From Oikopleura dioica (taxonomy: Eukaryota; Animalia; Chordata), in the NCBI GenBank assembly GCA_907165135.1, contig OU015569.1, positions 9,079,889 through 9,143,888 on the forward strand: DNA of 64,000 nucleotides, written 5' to 3'. Made by a program: the position numbers and the translations under genes. Each line of letters starts with the position of its first letter. The first letter of the stretch is position 1. Below, piece by piece: positions 48,523 through 61,076 of this stretch. The notes under the pieces are model-generated. The model saw only the letters and a list, made by a program, of their open reading frames with translations, was not told where the DNA came from and made no database searches.

Positions 48523-49769
48523 CCTTTTGATCCTGTACACTCGTTGCCTGTATATCTCGATTATGTAAATACAGTATTTTATCTAGTATAAAGGAAGACA
48601 TCAAGAATCACGATTTGAGAGCAGATTTTTCCTCCACAAACGTATAATCGTACCTTTATTTCATTTCAAGCCTAAAAACTCAAATTATTTCTTTTTATTT
48701 AGAAACTATCATTTGAGTTATTTTAATTTACATTTTCATATAACCCTTTTGGTACTAGAAACTGCATATTTATAGCTAAAAACATCGAGAAATCTGGAGC
48801 ATAAAAAATAAGGGGTCAAGGCCTGTGCTAAGTTTGGGAGAAAAGTCTACTACGATTATTGATTTTTCACAGATCTACTACTTAAAAATTATGACATATT
48901 ATATGTGTACCACAAAAAGTGGCGGCATTAGTAAAGTGATTCGAGAGCAAGGCCTTCTTTTCGTTGCATAATATCTTGGTCAGTTTATTACAAGGACTGT
49001 GCCAAAGTCCGCCTCCACTTGCAGAGAGTGCACGCATGCGCCCTCGCGTGACGGTGTTCTAATCGCTGAACATACGCTAATGGTATCGAAAAAAGGAAAA
49101 AGACAGTTCTTTCTAATTTACTGACGCTGAAGTGAAACTCCCTGCCTTTGACATCATAAAAGAGTTCCTTTATCAAGATTACATTTTTTTTTCTAAAACG
49201 CTTTAACAAGCAAGAGTTAAATTCGAGAAGAGACTTCTTCAAGAGACAACCGAATGGACTTATGGTTGACTAAAAGAAGAAAAACTTATAGAGATTAAAT
49301 CCAGAGCTGCTCTACTTGTACGATCACGTGGAACTAGACGGGCCGCCGATCTAGAGAGAAAAAGTTTTCAAAGGGGCTCTTGACAAATTCAAGGTACTGT
49401 TGCTAGAAAAACACTTTTGTCGATATATAGTGTGCAGGCATGATATTTTTAGTAATAGGATTATATGCGCAGTGGTTTCAAGGGGACTCTTAAATGGTAG
49501 TTCACCGATGCGTATTGATTTTCGAAGTTAGCAACTCGCCATAGGTTGAAATACATTTCTCACTAACTGGAGCGGGTCCAGTTTCGGACAGCGGTTTCGT
49601 TGAAAATATGCCGCTCATTCACTTTGTTATGACTAGAGTTAAGGAACATGGAAGCCATGCTCAGTTGCAATGAAAAATAGACTCAGTAAGCAACCCGAAT
49701 TGTTGGAAAGTAATAATAGTTACAGGCAAGGGAGAACAAGACTGTTTAGACGGAGTATTTCAAGTCCCC

Positions 49770-51530
49770 GTGGAATGGCCCAAAGTGGCGGCCAATTTAG
49801 AAACGAAGAGTTCCGCGTTCGTTCCCGTCCAAATCGAGCCGGAAATGGCGACCGTCAAATTCCAAACAGGTGGATCCCATCAAATTGATAGTAATGGACG
49901 TTCTGGCTATAGACCTCAATTCCTGCCGGACAGGGTGCCCGATCTCACAAAAGATATTGCCGACGTCGTCTGTGGCCTTGATACTGACGGAGTTCTTATT
50001 GGTCTGGCGGGAATAAAAAGCCTCCTCGTCGTTCCACTTCTTGTACTAGGTGTTGTCATCATAAGGTAAGGTCACGACCACGTGTCATTTAGCATCAGTG
50101 TCCATATTCATATGTCACTCGCCCGTATAAGGACAGATACAGCTATCAAGCGGGCACAAATCGGGTTATACTGGAGCGCAAGTTATAACATTTACTCCCT
50201 ATCGTATGAGCCCAAAGAACATAGGATCAACCGAAACTATCCGTTCCTCGGCAGCGCTTCGGCCTCTGAGTTTCATTTTTCGAAAGAATAACTTTGTGCC
50301 ATAAATATTTAATATCCCGCTTTTTCTACATATTTTGGATAAAAATCGAAAATGGCACTGCATGTTTTTTAGTAAATCGATTTCAATTTTCTAACAGTTA
50401 TCAAATTTCAGTTTTTTCTAACTAATCCTGTTGTTTTACATAATGATTTATGACTTCGAGTTTCAATTCGGAGTCCAAATTTTTGATTTTTCTTCCGTTG
50501 AAATATAATAAGGGTATCGCTTTGTGAATTTTTCTAATAAAAAACCTCCCATTGCTGATGTCTAATCACTTAATGATGATTGTTGAGGACATAATTAGTA
50601 ACCGATCGATACTTAGTCTTAGAATTCAGGAAGATGAATTACCAAATAGGCTTTAATTTTAGCTATATCACTTCTAAATGTTTAATAGCCAAGATCAATC
50701 CATCGAAGACGGCTCGGGTATGAGTTCAACTGCGGACTCCTCGTCTGAACCTTCGTCCAATCTTAGAAGGTACCTCGGCATTTTTTTCTCAAAAAATCAG
50801 CGCATTCAGTTACGTTGTTTCGTTCATTTCTGGCCTTACGATGGCAGTCTCGGCTGCCGTTGACTTTATTTTATTTCGACAACGTGACTCGTCCAGAATA
50901 CTTGCATACACTTCATCCTCAGGTATGTCCGCAGTATATTGCCTCGTTATTTGTCAATATCGCTTGTGAGTAGACACAATATGCTCAATAAATTAGCGCT
51001 TCTAATAATTGCTCTGTCGTCTTATAATATCTAGCTATGTTTGAGCAGACTGGGCGAAGAGTCTCAGCTACTCTGGCCCTCATTGCAGGCGTAACGATGA
51101 TCTCCTCGTAGATCTTGCCGCCATCAACCTAATTGGTGCACCTTGTTCAATTAAGTCTGCCTCTGTTCCATTTTAATTTTTAATATCGATCAGAACTGTC
51201 TTTTAACGGGAAATTTCGTGAATACGAGTTATTTCTTCTGTCGAGACAGAGTCGCTCTGGCCTAGCAGCAGGTAGAAATGGCGACATATTAATTTCGTGC
51301 GTGTATATTTAACCATGCAAAGTAAAAGTCGATTTCGCCTAGCGCAAAGTCGTACATAAATGTATCGAGTAAAAACTTCTTTCAGCGTTCACCTTTGTGG
51401 CCGATATTATTTGCATTGATTATGTTCGAACTGTTATTACATCTGCGAAAGACGACACGCAGAAGCCACTTTACATCACTTGTATGACGATCACCATTCT
51501 TGGAGCAGTTCTTGCCGTGGTAAGCGAGCT
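49770..51530 (+). CDS. Possible multi-pass membrane protein gene (weak)
   Basis: Exon 49770-50069 ends in TM 'LIGLAGIKSLLVVPLLVLGVVIIR|gtaag'. Later exon-like pieces 'AMFEQTGRRVSATLALIAGVTMIS' and 'FTFVADIICIDYVRTVITSAKDDTQKPLYITCMTITILGAVLAV|gtaag'. Confidence 0.2.
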
Positions 51531-54206
51531 TAGTACTCAACCAACACTCTCCTGTTGATAAAATAGCTACAGTATCAGTTCGATTAATTTTTAAATCTAA
51601 TTGTTAATGTTTAATTTGAAATTCAAGGACGTTACCGTTGCTTTTCTAAAATGGCGGAGATAAAAAATGCATTCCGAATATTTTAACTTTTAAACACTAA
51701 CGCCGCGCGTGGCTGGGGACGCCCAAATACTGACAGATGAATTTTTGATTTTCTTCGTCCGCTGTCGAAAAACTACCTAGCTCTGTCACCTCAAAAATTA
51801 AGATCACCACTCGCTTTGATACATCGATTGACATAGGAAATAACTCCACGAATTTGCAAAGACCGGGAGCGTGGGTCCAGCTCGAACAAGGGCTAATGCT
51901 GATCAATCACTGCCTTTGAATTCCAGAACGGGAACGTCACAGTATCTCATGCGCTTATTCGCAACCAGTTCAGATAATCGCGTGGCATTTGGCCGCCAAA
52001 TCAAAAATAAATCCCAGTTTCAATTAAACCGAAATTAATTAGAAACCTCACTACTTGAGAGTAATCGCATATGAGCTCTCCGCGAATTTTGGCGTAATTA
52101 GCTACACATCGTTGATTGCGCACGTAAATGAAACTATCTCTCAAAATGAAGATAGAAGTCAGTTCCAGATTTATTTCCTTTTAATCATGAGTCGTATATT
52201 CTGTTGATGAAAGTTTCAAAATGAGATTCAGGTTTCAATGTATGTTGGCGCTAGAATGGCAGCCTTAGAGGAGAAACGACTGATGACCGAAAGAGGAGGT
52301 GAACTACGAGGAAATCATACTTGAAATTTAATAATTCATTTAAAGGTCGACTGGCTGTCCTCAAAAAGAAACGTGAAATTATCGCCATGAAGAAACTCAG
52401 CAGGCTAATGCAAGATCAACGATTCGGGTGACTTTTCGAGGGGCTCGGATGGAGTCTCAATAAATTCGTTTTATAGTGATCACGTTGGCCAGGATCCAGA
52501 AGGATTGCCTGTTTCTCTTCATGGCGAGGACGATGGTCAAGATAGGGAAGGCAACCATTTCCAGGGAAAGTGTCAAGATAGTATATGCGCCTTTACATCA
52601 TTAATGACTTGCTCTTATATTCAAGATTGCAAGAAGCGCTTCCTATCTCGACACCGATCGCTAGAGTGGTCATGACTCAAGGGCAAAGAAATCCGACATA
52701 CCTTGGGGTGGATGAGGACCTCTCTCGTTCTGTATAACACAAGCCTTACTCTTTCACCAATCGACCCTGATCCGACAGTCTAACCCAGCAAACGCGCCAT
52801 ACACTGTTTCTTACACATTCGACATTGTGTAAGGAGCAAAGTCTTTTGATTAAATTGTTTTCTTAAAAATGAATAACCTGCCTTGAAACCCTATGAGCTA
52901 TTATCCAGCAGATAAAAAAAACCTTCACCGGACTAAAACCTGCTGATACTCTTGATACCCCTAGTTCGGACAACGCGGAAGGGAGCAAAACCGTTACAGA
53001 TCAAAACTGAATGGGCTCAACGGTAATGAGCTCGTGAGATCCCCGTCGTGTTGTTATATTACAGTATATTACGGTTGCCTTGTCCACTTCTGGTGCATTC
53101 TGTAACTCATGTAAAATACCTGCGTGTCTGCACAATATCTAACTTATTCTCTGACAAAACAACGCGGATAAATTGCGATCCTCAGCATGTCAATAAATCC
53201 AAAACTCACAAGGTAAAATAAAATTCTTTGGACTTGCTTTGATTTCAAATAATCAGATTTTATTCTGTTCAAAATAAAGAGTTAAAATTCTATATCAGGT
53301 CGTAAGCTTGTGTTCCAGAGCGCTCTTCGCTAGCGTAAATGTGAATAGCGTGTTTCACAAATGTTGACTTGCTCTTTCTTTGATAGATCGAGTAAGTGGG
53401 GGGAACACCCGTTTGGATGCTCCTTCGCCGACTCTCTCCGCTTCTGCGGCTCTCGTCATGACGCCATCGAGTTACACCCGACGACGACGCGACTTGTTGA
53501 CTCCCTCGCCAGGCGGGGCGTTGCGCAAAATCTCAGTTACATTTTCTAAAACAATAAATTTTGAATATAAGTTTGATAGTAATTATATGAAGAGTTAAAA
53601 TTCTATATCAGATAAATTGTATGCAGAATTTTTCGTTGAATTCAGGGAAAGAAGAAAAGACTTTTGTCTTCTCTCTCTGCTCTTCTTGAAGCCTGAGCCA
53701 GGCGTCGAAAAGTTCTCCTCCTTCTGTTGCATATTGTTCGTTCTCTCCCTGTATAGGAGCGTATCTTCGCAGTGGACGCCATCTCCAGGCGTTAAAATTC
53801 TATATCAGAGTATCTAATACTCTGAAACGATATTGGCAATGTTGCTGCCATGATCGCTCCATTTCCCAAACGTAGGAACGACCTTTCTCATACTAGAAAA
53901 GAATTATTAGTTTTTGGCGCAAAAAAGGTCATTCGAAAGAAAGATGAGCGCTACGAGCCTTCCCGGCATCGTGAAAAAGATAATTGCTCGCAGGGGAGCA
54001 GCAATAGAGGGTTCTCTTAGCGGGAAGGAATAGTGGTCCTTCTAATCATCCGCGCCCGACGGCTAGGCCAGGATTGTCATTGCCGCTAAAGCAGTACCGC
54101 TAGATGGTGATATATCGCCATCTGGAAATAAGTTTTTACTGTCAGATGCACTTGGCAGTTTCAAAGTTTTTCGGATAGTGGGACACGCATTCACGGAGGA
54201 GTAGCT

Positions 54207-55345
54207 TATTTCTTTGGCGGAGGTCGGTATATCCCGACAACGACGGCATGGTCTCGCTCGTAGGGCTCAAGAGTCAACTGCTCTTGAGGCTTCATTTTTT
54301 CGGCTTTCATCTTTTTTACCTTTAAAAATATTAGTGACAAAGGTTAGAAATTCAAGACTCTACCTCAGATGCGAAGACAGCTTCAGGCTTGGCGGTGGAG
54401 TCAATGCACGATGCCTTGATGGAGATAACGAAATGCCCGCCTGTCTTCAGGAAGTGATGCGAATTGAGAGCGACGATGCGGGTCTGATCGGGCTGGGCAA
54501 CATCCGCGAAGACGCAGTCAACCATTCCAACGAGCATTCTGTACTTATGAGGGTGGCGAGCATCTTCAATGATGGGCACTATGTTGGTTCGTTTCTTCGC
54601 AACGTTGAGTAGATCTCGACCAGAGCGGTGAGAAAATTCGACCGCGTATACGAGCCCTTCTGGTCCTACGATGTCAGAGACGTGAGAAACCGTTGTTCCA
54701 GAGGCTGCCCCGAGGTACAGAACCTAAACGGTAACTAGACAGAAGTCGATTTGAATTAACTCTTACCCGTTTGCCAGGAGCAATGTGGATTTTTTCGACC
54801 CCGCCAAGAATAGCGGCTGCCAGCTTCGATCTGAAAGGATTCCACGATCTGTACTCTACTTTCTGGATTGGGTTCGCTGATCCCTCTGGCGCTGGAAGTT
54901 CCACCTAAAACACATTATTATCACAACTTGGGTAACAAAGATTTACCTCAATTTTCTTCTCTCCATAGACAGTGTCTCCTGGAACGAGGTTTTTGGTGAC
55001 AAGGACATCTTCCTTCCCTTTAGCGATGAAGACACCACCGTGTCGATGAGGCTCGACAATGACCTTGGCACCGGGACCTCTTGCACCGCCACGGCCACCC
55101 CCTCGTGCTCCGCCGCGTCCTCGGCCTCTTCCACGGGGAGTGCCGCCTCCGCGACCACGGCCACCACCTCGACCTCCTAAATTGCTAAGTTTTACTACCA
55201 GATTACTCTGCATATCGTACTCATACTTTAATTTTAATTCGATATTAACTTTCTGATTAATTGAGAGCGATGGTAGAAAATGAATATTTTACCTCGTCCG
55301 CCTCGCCCAGGGGATTTGAATCCTCCGCCGCGTCCTCCACGCGCG
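54207..55345 (-). CDS. FBL: Fibrillarin (rRNA 2'-O-methyltransferase), 5 exons
   Basis: '[25 protein letters not shown]|gt' then GAR domain '[31 protein letters not shown]' + '[40 protein letters not shown]'. Then '[31 protein letters not shown]'. Then '[120 protein letters not shown]'. Terminal '[37 protein letters not shown]'. Near-identical to fibrillarin consensus. Confidence 0.92.
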
Positions 55346-56096
55346 CTGAATGCTAGTCGAGCCATTGTTGTCTTCTCAAAGATTTATCGTCTTTGTCTCT
55401 TTCCGGCTGGGTGAGTTTCTACTCGATAACTGATTCTCAAATTTGACGGAAATGAAGAGGAAAGCTGGATCGTAAAACGTGGTCCAACGCGGCCAATCAG
55501 CGCACGGCTCGGCCAATGATGACTCATCAAGCGCCAAATTTAAATTTTTGATGAAGGGAGAGGCCGAGCAGCTCCCGAAATGACTCTCAAAAGTAGTCTC
55601 AAACAACTGAAAGTCTTAGGTAACACAGAGAGATGATAGAAGTGCATAGCCGAGCTAAAAATAATTGTCAGACATATTTTTGACCAGCAAAATGATCATG
55701 ATTTCTACTCGTAATCAAACAGTCCGTAGAATAAATATTTATCTGGTTTTCTTTTTATCAAGCGTCATGAGCAAAAATATGATTGCTTTTTGTTCGAGAC
55801 TCTCTGACAAAGAAAAGTACTGGCGTTATTTTTTCGATGAGATCTTCTTGTAAAGAAAATTTGATGCTTCTCGGTATTAGTTTTATTTCTTTCGCTTGGA
55901 AATGATATTTCTTGTAAACAGTAGTTAAGCGCTGACCGGACTCAAGATCTGTCTTTCGGTTATATTCTTCGTCGACCTGGTTTCTGATATTCTCGTTGTC
56001 AAGTTTTTCTTTTCTGAGCGAAAATGCGATCCAAATTATGTCCCTCCAAATCAGAAAGAAGCAGCCGATCTATTTCCAAACGAAACCCGACTTGCG

Positions 56097-57355
56097 ATGG
56101 GAATCGGGTTAGAATGGATGGAAACAGAAGCTCGAGACCCGGATGAGATTAAAATAAATTACACTCTCTATGGCATCTTGTACTTGATTTTTTTCGTGGC
56201 ATCGCATTTTGCCCAGGCGATTTTCAGGTGAGACTAGAACATTCAACCTTGATACAAATAAAAACATTTTAGCTGCAAAAGATGGTCTGAGTGGACGGTC
56301 AACGGCGAATGTGAACCAAACACCTTGACGTGTCATCTTAAAGTTGCTCATGTTTTTCTCCTTCACATGATCCACAGATACTTCAAAGAGCTGCATTTCT
56401 TCTTTCGGCTACAAAAAGCTAAAATCAAAGGCAAAACAGAAGTAATAACACGATTCTGGAACGACTATGTGAATCTGGTGCACGACAATCACTTTCTGAT
56501 TATCATTGAAAAGGGAATCGAAGCTACGCCTCAGGTCGTTCTTCTTCTCTACGTTTACGTCCTTGAGCGCTGCCGGAATTGTTCGGAGGATCTGTGAGTC
56601 TAAGAGCGACAAAATTTACATTCATTTTAAAATTCAGACTCGCAGTTGATGTGCCCATCTTCGGCAAAGTCGACATTATCTACAAAATCGCCTTTTCCTT
56701 TCTATGTGTTGTTCTGCCACTGGCGTTGTCTGTTTCCGACGAACAACTGAGGCCAAATGATCTCCGCTCAGAATGGTCTGCCAAGAAGAAGTATCTCTGT
56801 TCAGCGCCTATTTACGCTCTATGGATTGTCACTTTCACCGGTGTGCGAATCATCTGTCTCGCTGGAATGTTCATAATGCACCCTGTCTTCTCACTCGTCT
56901 GGTTACTTACAAGAGTGGTTATCCTTTCAGTGTTGACGAAGAAAGCGGTCTGTTCTTTAGGTCGTACTATCCTCACGAACCTTGTTTGGATGACGATTTG
57001 GTTCGAACCGATTGGCGCGCGAGAAATTAACCGACCCGAGTATGAAAAAAGATACCAGCAACAAGACCTTCTTTATTTCAATTACGTTGCTGGAACTATC
57101 GAGCTTCTGATTTCGTGCGCAGTCTTTTACTTTCAAGGCAACGCCTGCTTAGCCATTGTCGTGAACTGGTTCAGATGGACAAACTTGGGATTTGTCGTCG
57201 CTCTTCTCGTCGCCCACTTAGTTTCGATAGCGGCTGCATTTATCTTTCATAGATACATTAACAAAAAGAGTTCTCAAGCAAAGCTTGACGAGGAAATTGC
57301 TTTGGAAAAGGCGAGAGCGCAACAGTCGCAAGAACAAGCAGTACTGATTGCTTGA
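56097..57355 (+). CDS. XK-related (XKR/CED-8 family) membrane protein, 3 exons
   Basis: Exon 1 'MGIGLEWMETEARDPDEIKINYTLYGILYLIFFVASHFAQAIFR|gtgag'. Exon 2 has 'IIIEKGIEATPQVVLLLYVYVLERCRNCSE' (the XKR 'E(S/A)xPQLVLQLYI' signature). Exon 3 is ORF 56579-57355 with multiple TM helices. Confidence 0.7.
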
Positions 57356-57530
57356 TTCCTTTCTAGAATGCATTTATATTTACTCTCTAACAGTTCTATC
57401 AATCTCTTCAAGATTTCATTGTGCCTAATCAAAGTTGCTTACATTCCTATTACTGATATTCTGTAAAAATCCATTCAACGCTTCTTCTTAAACCGAGTCT
57501 GCATATTTTTGAATTCAGAGACAAAGAAAA

Positions 57531-58075
57531 ATGGCCGCTCCCAAAATGGTTGATATCCGGCAGTTGAATCCACAGCAACTGTCAGAAGTAAACCAGCGAC
57601 TGGAGACAGAAATCTCTGTCCTGAACAATTGCCACGCCGAGCTTGTTGGAGGTGAATTACTGTCTGATTCTTTATTTCTATTTAAATATCTCAGTCAAAA
57701 AGAAGTTCATCACTTCCCGTGAAGCCGTTTCGGAGCTCGAGGGATGCGAAGGCGCCGATGTGATGGTCCCATTGACTGGCTCCCTCTACGTCCGCGGAAA
57801 ATTTGCGGAGGAAACGCAATGTAAGCGCATGCGTCGAAAAAGTGACCTAATTTTAACGCGATTTAGTGATCGTCGACATCGGAACGCAATTTTACGTGGA
57901 GAAAACGCCCAAGGAAGCGATTGAATTCTTCGACAGAAAGATCAAATATGTTGAAGAGAACATGGAGAAGATCATGCCACAGATGATGCAGAAGAACCAG
58001 TCACGCAACTTGGTCGAATCGGAGATCGTTCAAAAGATGAAGGCAGCCAAGCTCGCCAAACCTTCCAAATAAAAC
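57531..58075 (+). CDS. PFDN5: Prefoldin subunit 5, 3 exons
   Basis: 'MAAPKMVDIRQLNPQQLSEVNQRLETEISVLNNCHAELVGG' | 'KFITSREAVSELEGCEGADVMVPLTGSLYVRGKFAEETQ' | 'VIVDIGTQFYVEKTPKEAIEFFDRKIKYVEENMEKIMPQMMQKNQSRNLVESEIVQKMKAAKLAKPSK*'. Matches PFDN5 ('[52 protein letters not shown]'). Confidence 0.85.
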
Positions 58076-58329
58076 GCCGATGCCAATTTAACTACAAAAT
58101 TTTTAGATTTTTATTTTACTGTGTTTCCCGTATAGCTTCAATTTTGAAATTCCCGTGATTACGGTCCAGAAAATGGAGTCCCGAAAGGGCTCTCGAGATA
58201 ACCAACTCCACCACTACAATGCCTCCCCGCATCTAGGTCACTAGAGTGATGTTACACTGTGCAACTACTTGCGACATATATATTTTATTGTTTATTCACA
58301 TCCGCATTCCAAATAAATTCAGCAATGAA

Positions 58330-59085
58330 TTCGTAAAGCGACTGATCAGGGTCTCGAAAATTTGGACGTGCGGTGGATGTGCAAGCACGCCCTCTCGCCT
58401 TGCACTTCCGCGCGGTGGTCGTGGACTCGCTTCCACGCCCGAGGCTGGAAGTGCAAACGCGCTAGGGGGAAAGTGAGTAGCCCGCCCCACAGAAAACCTT
58501 GAAACGAACCAAAAAAAGTTCGTTCTCAACCCGGAAGCCCTTTTTTGTCGATTTCGGGGTATTATCGCCTACCTACCGGAACAACCTGAAATTGAATAAA
58601 CATAGATTGAACTCACTTAACTAGTCCTTTCCTTTCATAATGGCGTTTGCAACGTCAATAATATTTGCGATTTTATGATTACAGGACTGTGAGGTTATAA
58701 ATCATCTGGCCAAAATGAAATGATTAGAATTTTTATTTGCGAAATTGGTCGAAAAAAGGTTTTTCCTGAGAGTACCTGACTGGGTGAAAAACCCTGACCT
58801 GAGTTCCTGAGTAAAAATCGAGAAAAATTTTCCGAACCCTGTACTCAGGTTGCCGAGCCCGGGCACATTCGAAAAGGCGCGTCACTCCGGGTGTGCACTT
58901 CCAGCCCCAAGCGCGCACTTCCAATCGCGGGCGTGGCACGACCAGCGCCGGGAGTGGCTCCACGACCAGCTCGCGGTTTTTTTAAACACGCACTTCCAGC
59001 GCGCAGAAGTGGAGCGCTCGAGAGCGCGTTTCCACACCCACCGCACTTCCAATTTTTCGAGACCCTGCGACTGATGAGTTCTGTA
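58330..59085. repeat. GC-rich inverted-repeat (MITE-like) element with ~45-bp TIRs and internal 'CACTTCC/GGAAGTG' repeats
   Basis: 58343-58385 'actgatcagggtctcgaaaatttggacgtgcggtggatgtg' is the reverse complement of 59040-59085 'cacacccaccgcacttccaatttttcgagaccctgcgactgatgagt'. Internal inverted copies of 'cacttccgcgcggtggtcgtgg / ccacgaccagcgccgggagtgg'. Confidence 0.55.
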
Positions 59086-59563
59086 GACTATGTTCTTCCT
59101 CACTGCTTGGAGGTATTTTGCTCTGTATCCATAGAACGCATCAATTACTCCTTTTTGAGGTGCTTCTTGACAGGTTAAATGGAAAGGATATCTTCTGCTC
59201 CAGAAATCAAATCCAAATAAAGAAAGCTAGGAACAAACTCTACCATCTCTCGTTAAAAGACCAACGCTTGTTGATTTCAAATGTCGCCAATGTACAGAAG
59301 CTAACAGATGATGAGGTCAAGGTAAGCGAGTTGAGTCCGCGGAAAAGATCATATTATTAGTAGTACTTCGCCCCAGCAACCTTTGATATGGTCGTCATGA
59401 AGTACTTTGTCCACAAAATGGATGGTCCAGGAATGGACGTCCATAAGTTTGTTCTATTTGAGTGTCTCTCTTATTTGGGGACTGCTATTCTCGGAAAAGT
59501 AAGTTTCAAAATGATTTCTTCGCAGTTAATGACGGCTTTTAGGAAAAATTATCATTTGAAAAT

Positions 59564-60899
59564 ATGAAGCCTTCCTTTCCCCGGAGAAGCCTTGATGATG
59601 TCGCTAACTATATGAAAGTTAGTAAGTCGATTGGCTTGAGAGACGACCTCGTTGAGAGCATGGTGGACGGCTTTAATCACTGTGTCCTCGATGATGATGT
59701 CTTCACACTTGAAAATCACGATGAGTTGGATTTCTTTCGCTCTTGGCTAATATGCGCTCGCTTTCCGAAGTTCTTCTCGTGCATGCCACATTTGAAAGTG
59801 ACTTCATTCATCCAGCGCCGATTCGTTAAGCAGGTGCTTCCAGTCGCCAGAAAGTTCGCCATGCGGATGTGCAAAAGAAACCGAAAATTCAAAGCTGAAC
59901 TTAGCGACTGTTTCCGTACTTTGGAACTGTCAATCGACAATAAAAACGCGCCCATGTGGCAGAACAAGCGCGGCGTTCGCGAGCTCCGAAATCGAGTTAG
60001 AGTTCCGCGCACCGAGAAACTCATCAAATCTACCTCAAATAACGTCTTACGGATCGAAAAAGAGCTCTTGCAAGAGATTTGCGACGAGGTGTCTGATGGG
60101 CAGAATCGACAACTCTCTCAAACAGACTTGCTGTTTCAGTCGCGCGATGCAGTTGCTATGACCGAGCTCAAGAATGGAAATCTAGCTCTGCACGTGGTTT
60201 CCTGCAACCCAAAGCGATATGATAAGCTGCAGATGCGGTACCTGCTGGAAGCCTTTCAAATCTTTCAACTGTCGTTGACGAACATGCCCGCCAAGTACAT
60301 GGCTCGTTTAGTCTTTGATCCGCGACATCGTTGTTTGTGTCTCGTCAAAACTACCACGAATTCTGTCTGTGGCGCCATCTGCTTCCGTCCGTTCAAAGAT
60401 CAGAACTTCTCAGAAATCGTCTTTTGCGCTGTTTCTAGCGACGAGCAAGTCAAGGGTTATGGAACATTTCTGATGAATCATTTAAAAGATCACCACATTT
60501 CGAAGCGTATCTTTAACCTGCTTACTTATGCCGACGAAAATGCTGTTGGATATTTCAGAAAACAGGGCTTTACCAGCGCAATTAGCATGGATAAAGTAAG
60601 TTTACTTTAGCGAAATAGCTTCTTCTATTCTTAAGGGCGCTTATACTGATTTCATCAAATCGTATGACGGCGCTACTCTTATGCAGTGCAGCCTGGACAC
60701 TCGAATCAACTACTCCCATCTCAGGTAAAGCGCACTCTTCCCGCTCGCGCCAGACCTTTGATTTAGCACTATTCTGAAGTTCCAGACGGACGTAATCGAT
60801 CAGCTCAAGAAGAAACAGTCCCATCCTGCTATATTTAATGGTCTTACTGCCCCCGTCAGAGTCTCCTCGGATATTCCAGGAGTCAACTCGAAATCCTAA
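59564..60899 (+). CDS. KAT2: GCN5/KAT2-type histone acetyltransferase (partial PCAF-homology N-region + HAT domain); ORF terminates before any bromodomain
   Basis: ORF 59564-60610 has 'RSWLICARFPKFFSCMPHLKVTSFIQRRFVKQVL' (compare PCAF '[33 protein letters not shown]'). It also has the HAT core 'MARLVFDPRHRCLCLVK..GAICFRPFKDQNFSEIVFCAVSSDEQVKGYGTFLMNHLKDHHISKRIFNLLTYADENAVGYFRKQGFTSAI'. Next exons 'LSGAYTDFIKSYDGATLMQCSLDTRINYSHL' and 'FQTDVIDQLKKKQSHPAIFNGLTAPVRVSSDIPGVNSKS*' (stop at ~60897). Possible 5' exons at 59161-59510. Confidence 0.85.
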
Positions 60900-61076
60900 C
60901 ACAAGCGTGTTTTTTTTCATTTTTATTCAGCTTTTACCTGCTATTATCTTTTTCTTCTTATATTTTATTTTTATATTTTAAATCTAACCATTGTGAAACA
61001 TTTTCTCGCTACAAATAACGTATTTCCACGTTTATTACAAAAATTTGAATATTGAAGTATTTTTGTGAATGTATTA

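Noticed and set aside
53521-53536. A single GCGCAAAAT half-site outside the transposon (ggcgttgcgcaaaatctc)
   Set aside because: It is an isolated copy with no flanking TIR similarity, so I take it as a chance occurrence of a 9-mer.
54674-54904. ORF 54674-54904 (-) as a separate protein
   Set aside because: It is the fibrillarin exon '[46 protein letters not shown]' read through its 3' intron. The tail '[14 protein letters not shown]..' is intronic.
54905-55256. ORFs 54943-55167 (-) and 55059-55256 (+) encoding Pro/Arg-rich peptides ('[17 protein letters not shown]')
   Set aside because: These are antisense or other-frame translations of the GGN/CGN-rich GAR-domain exon of fibrillarin.
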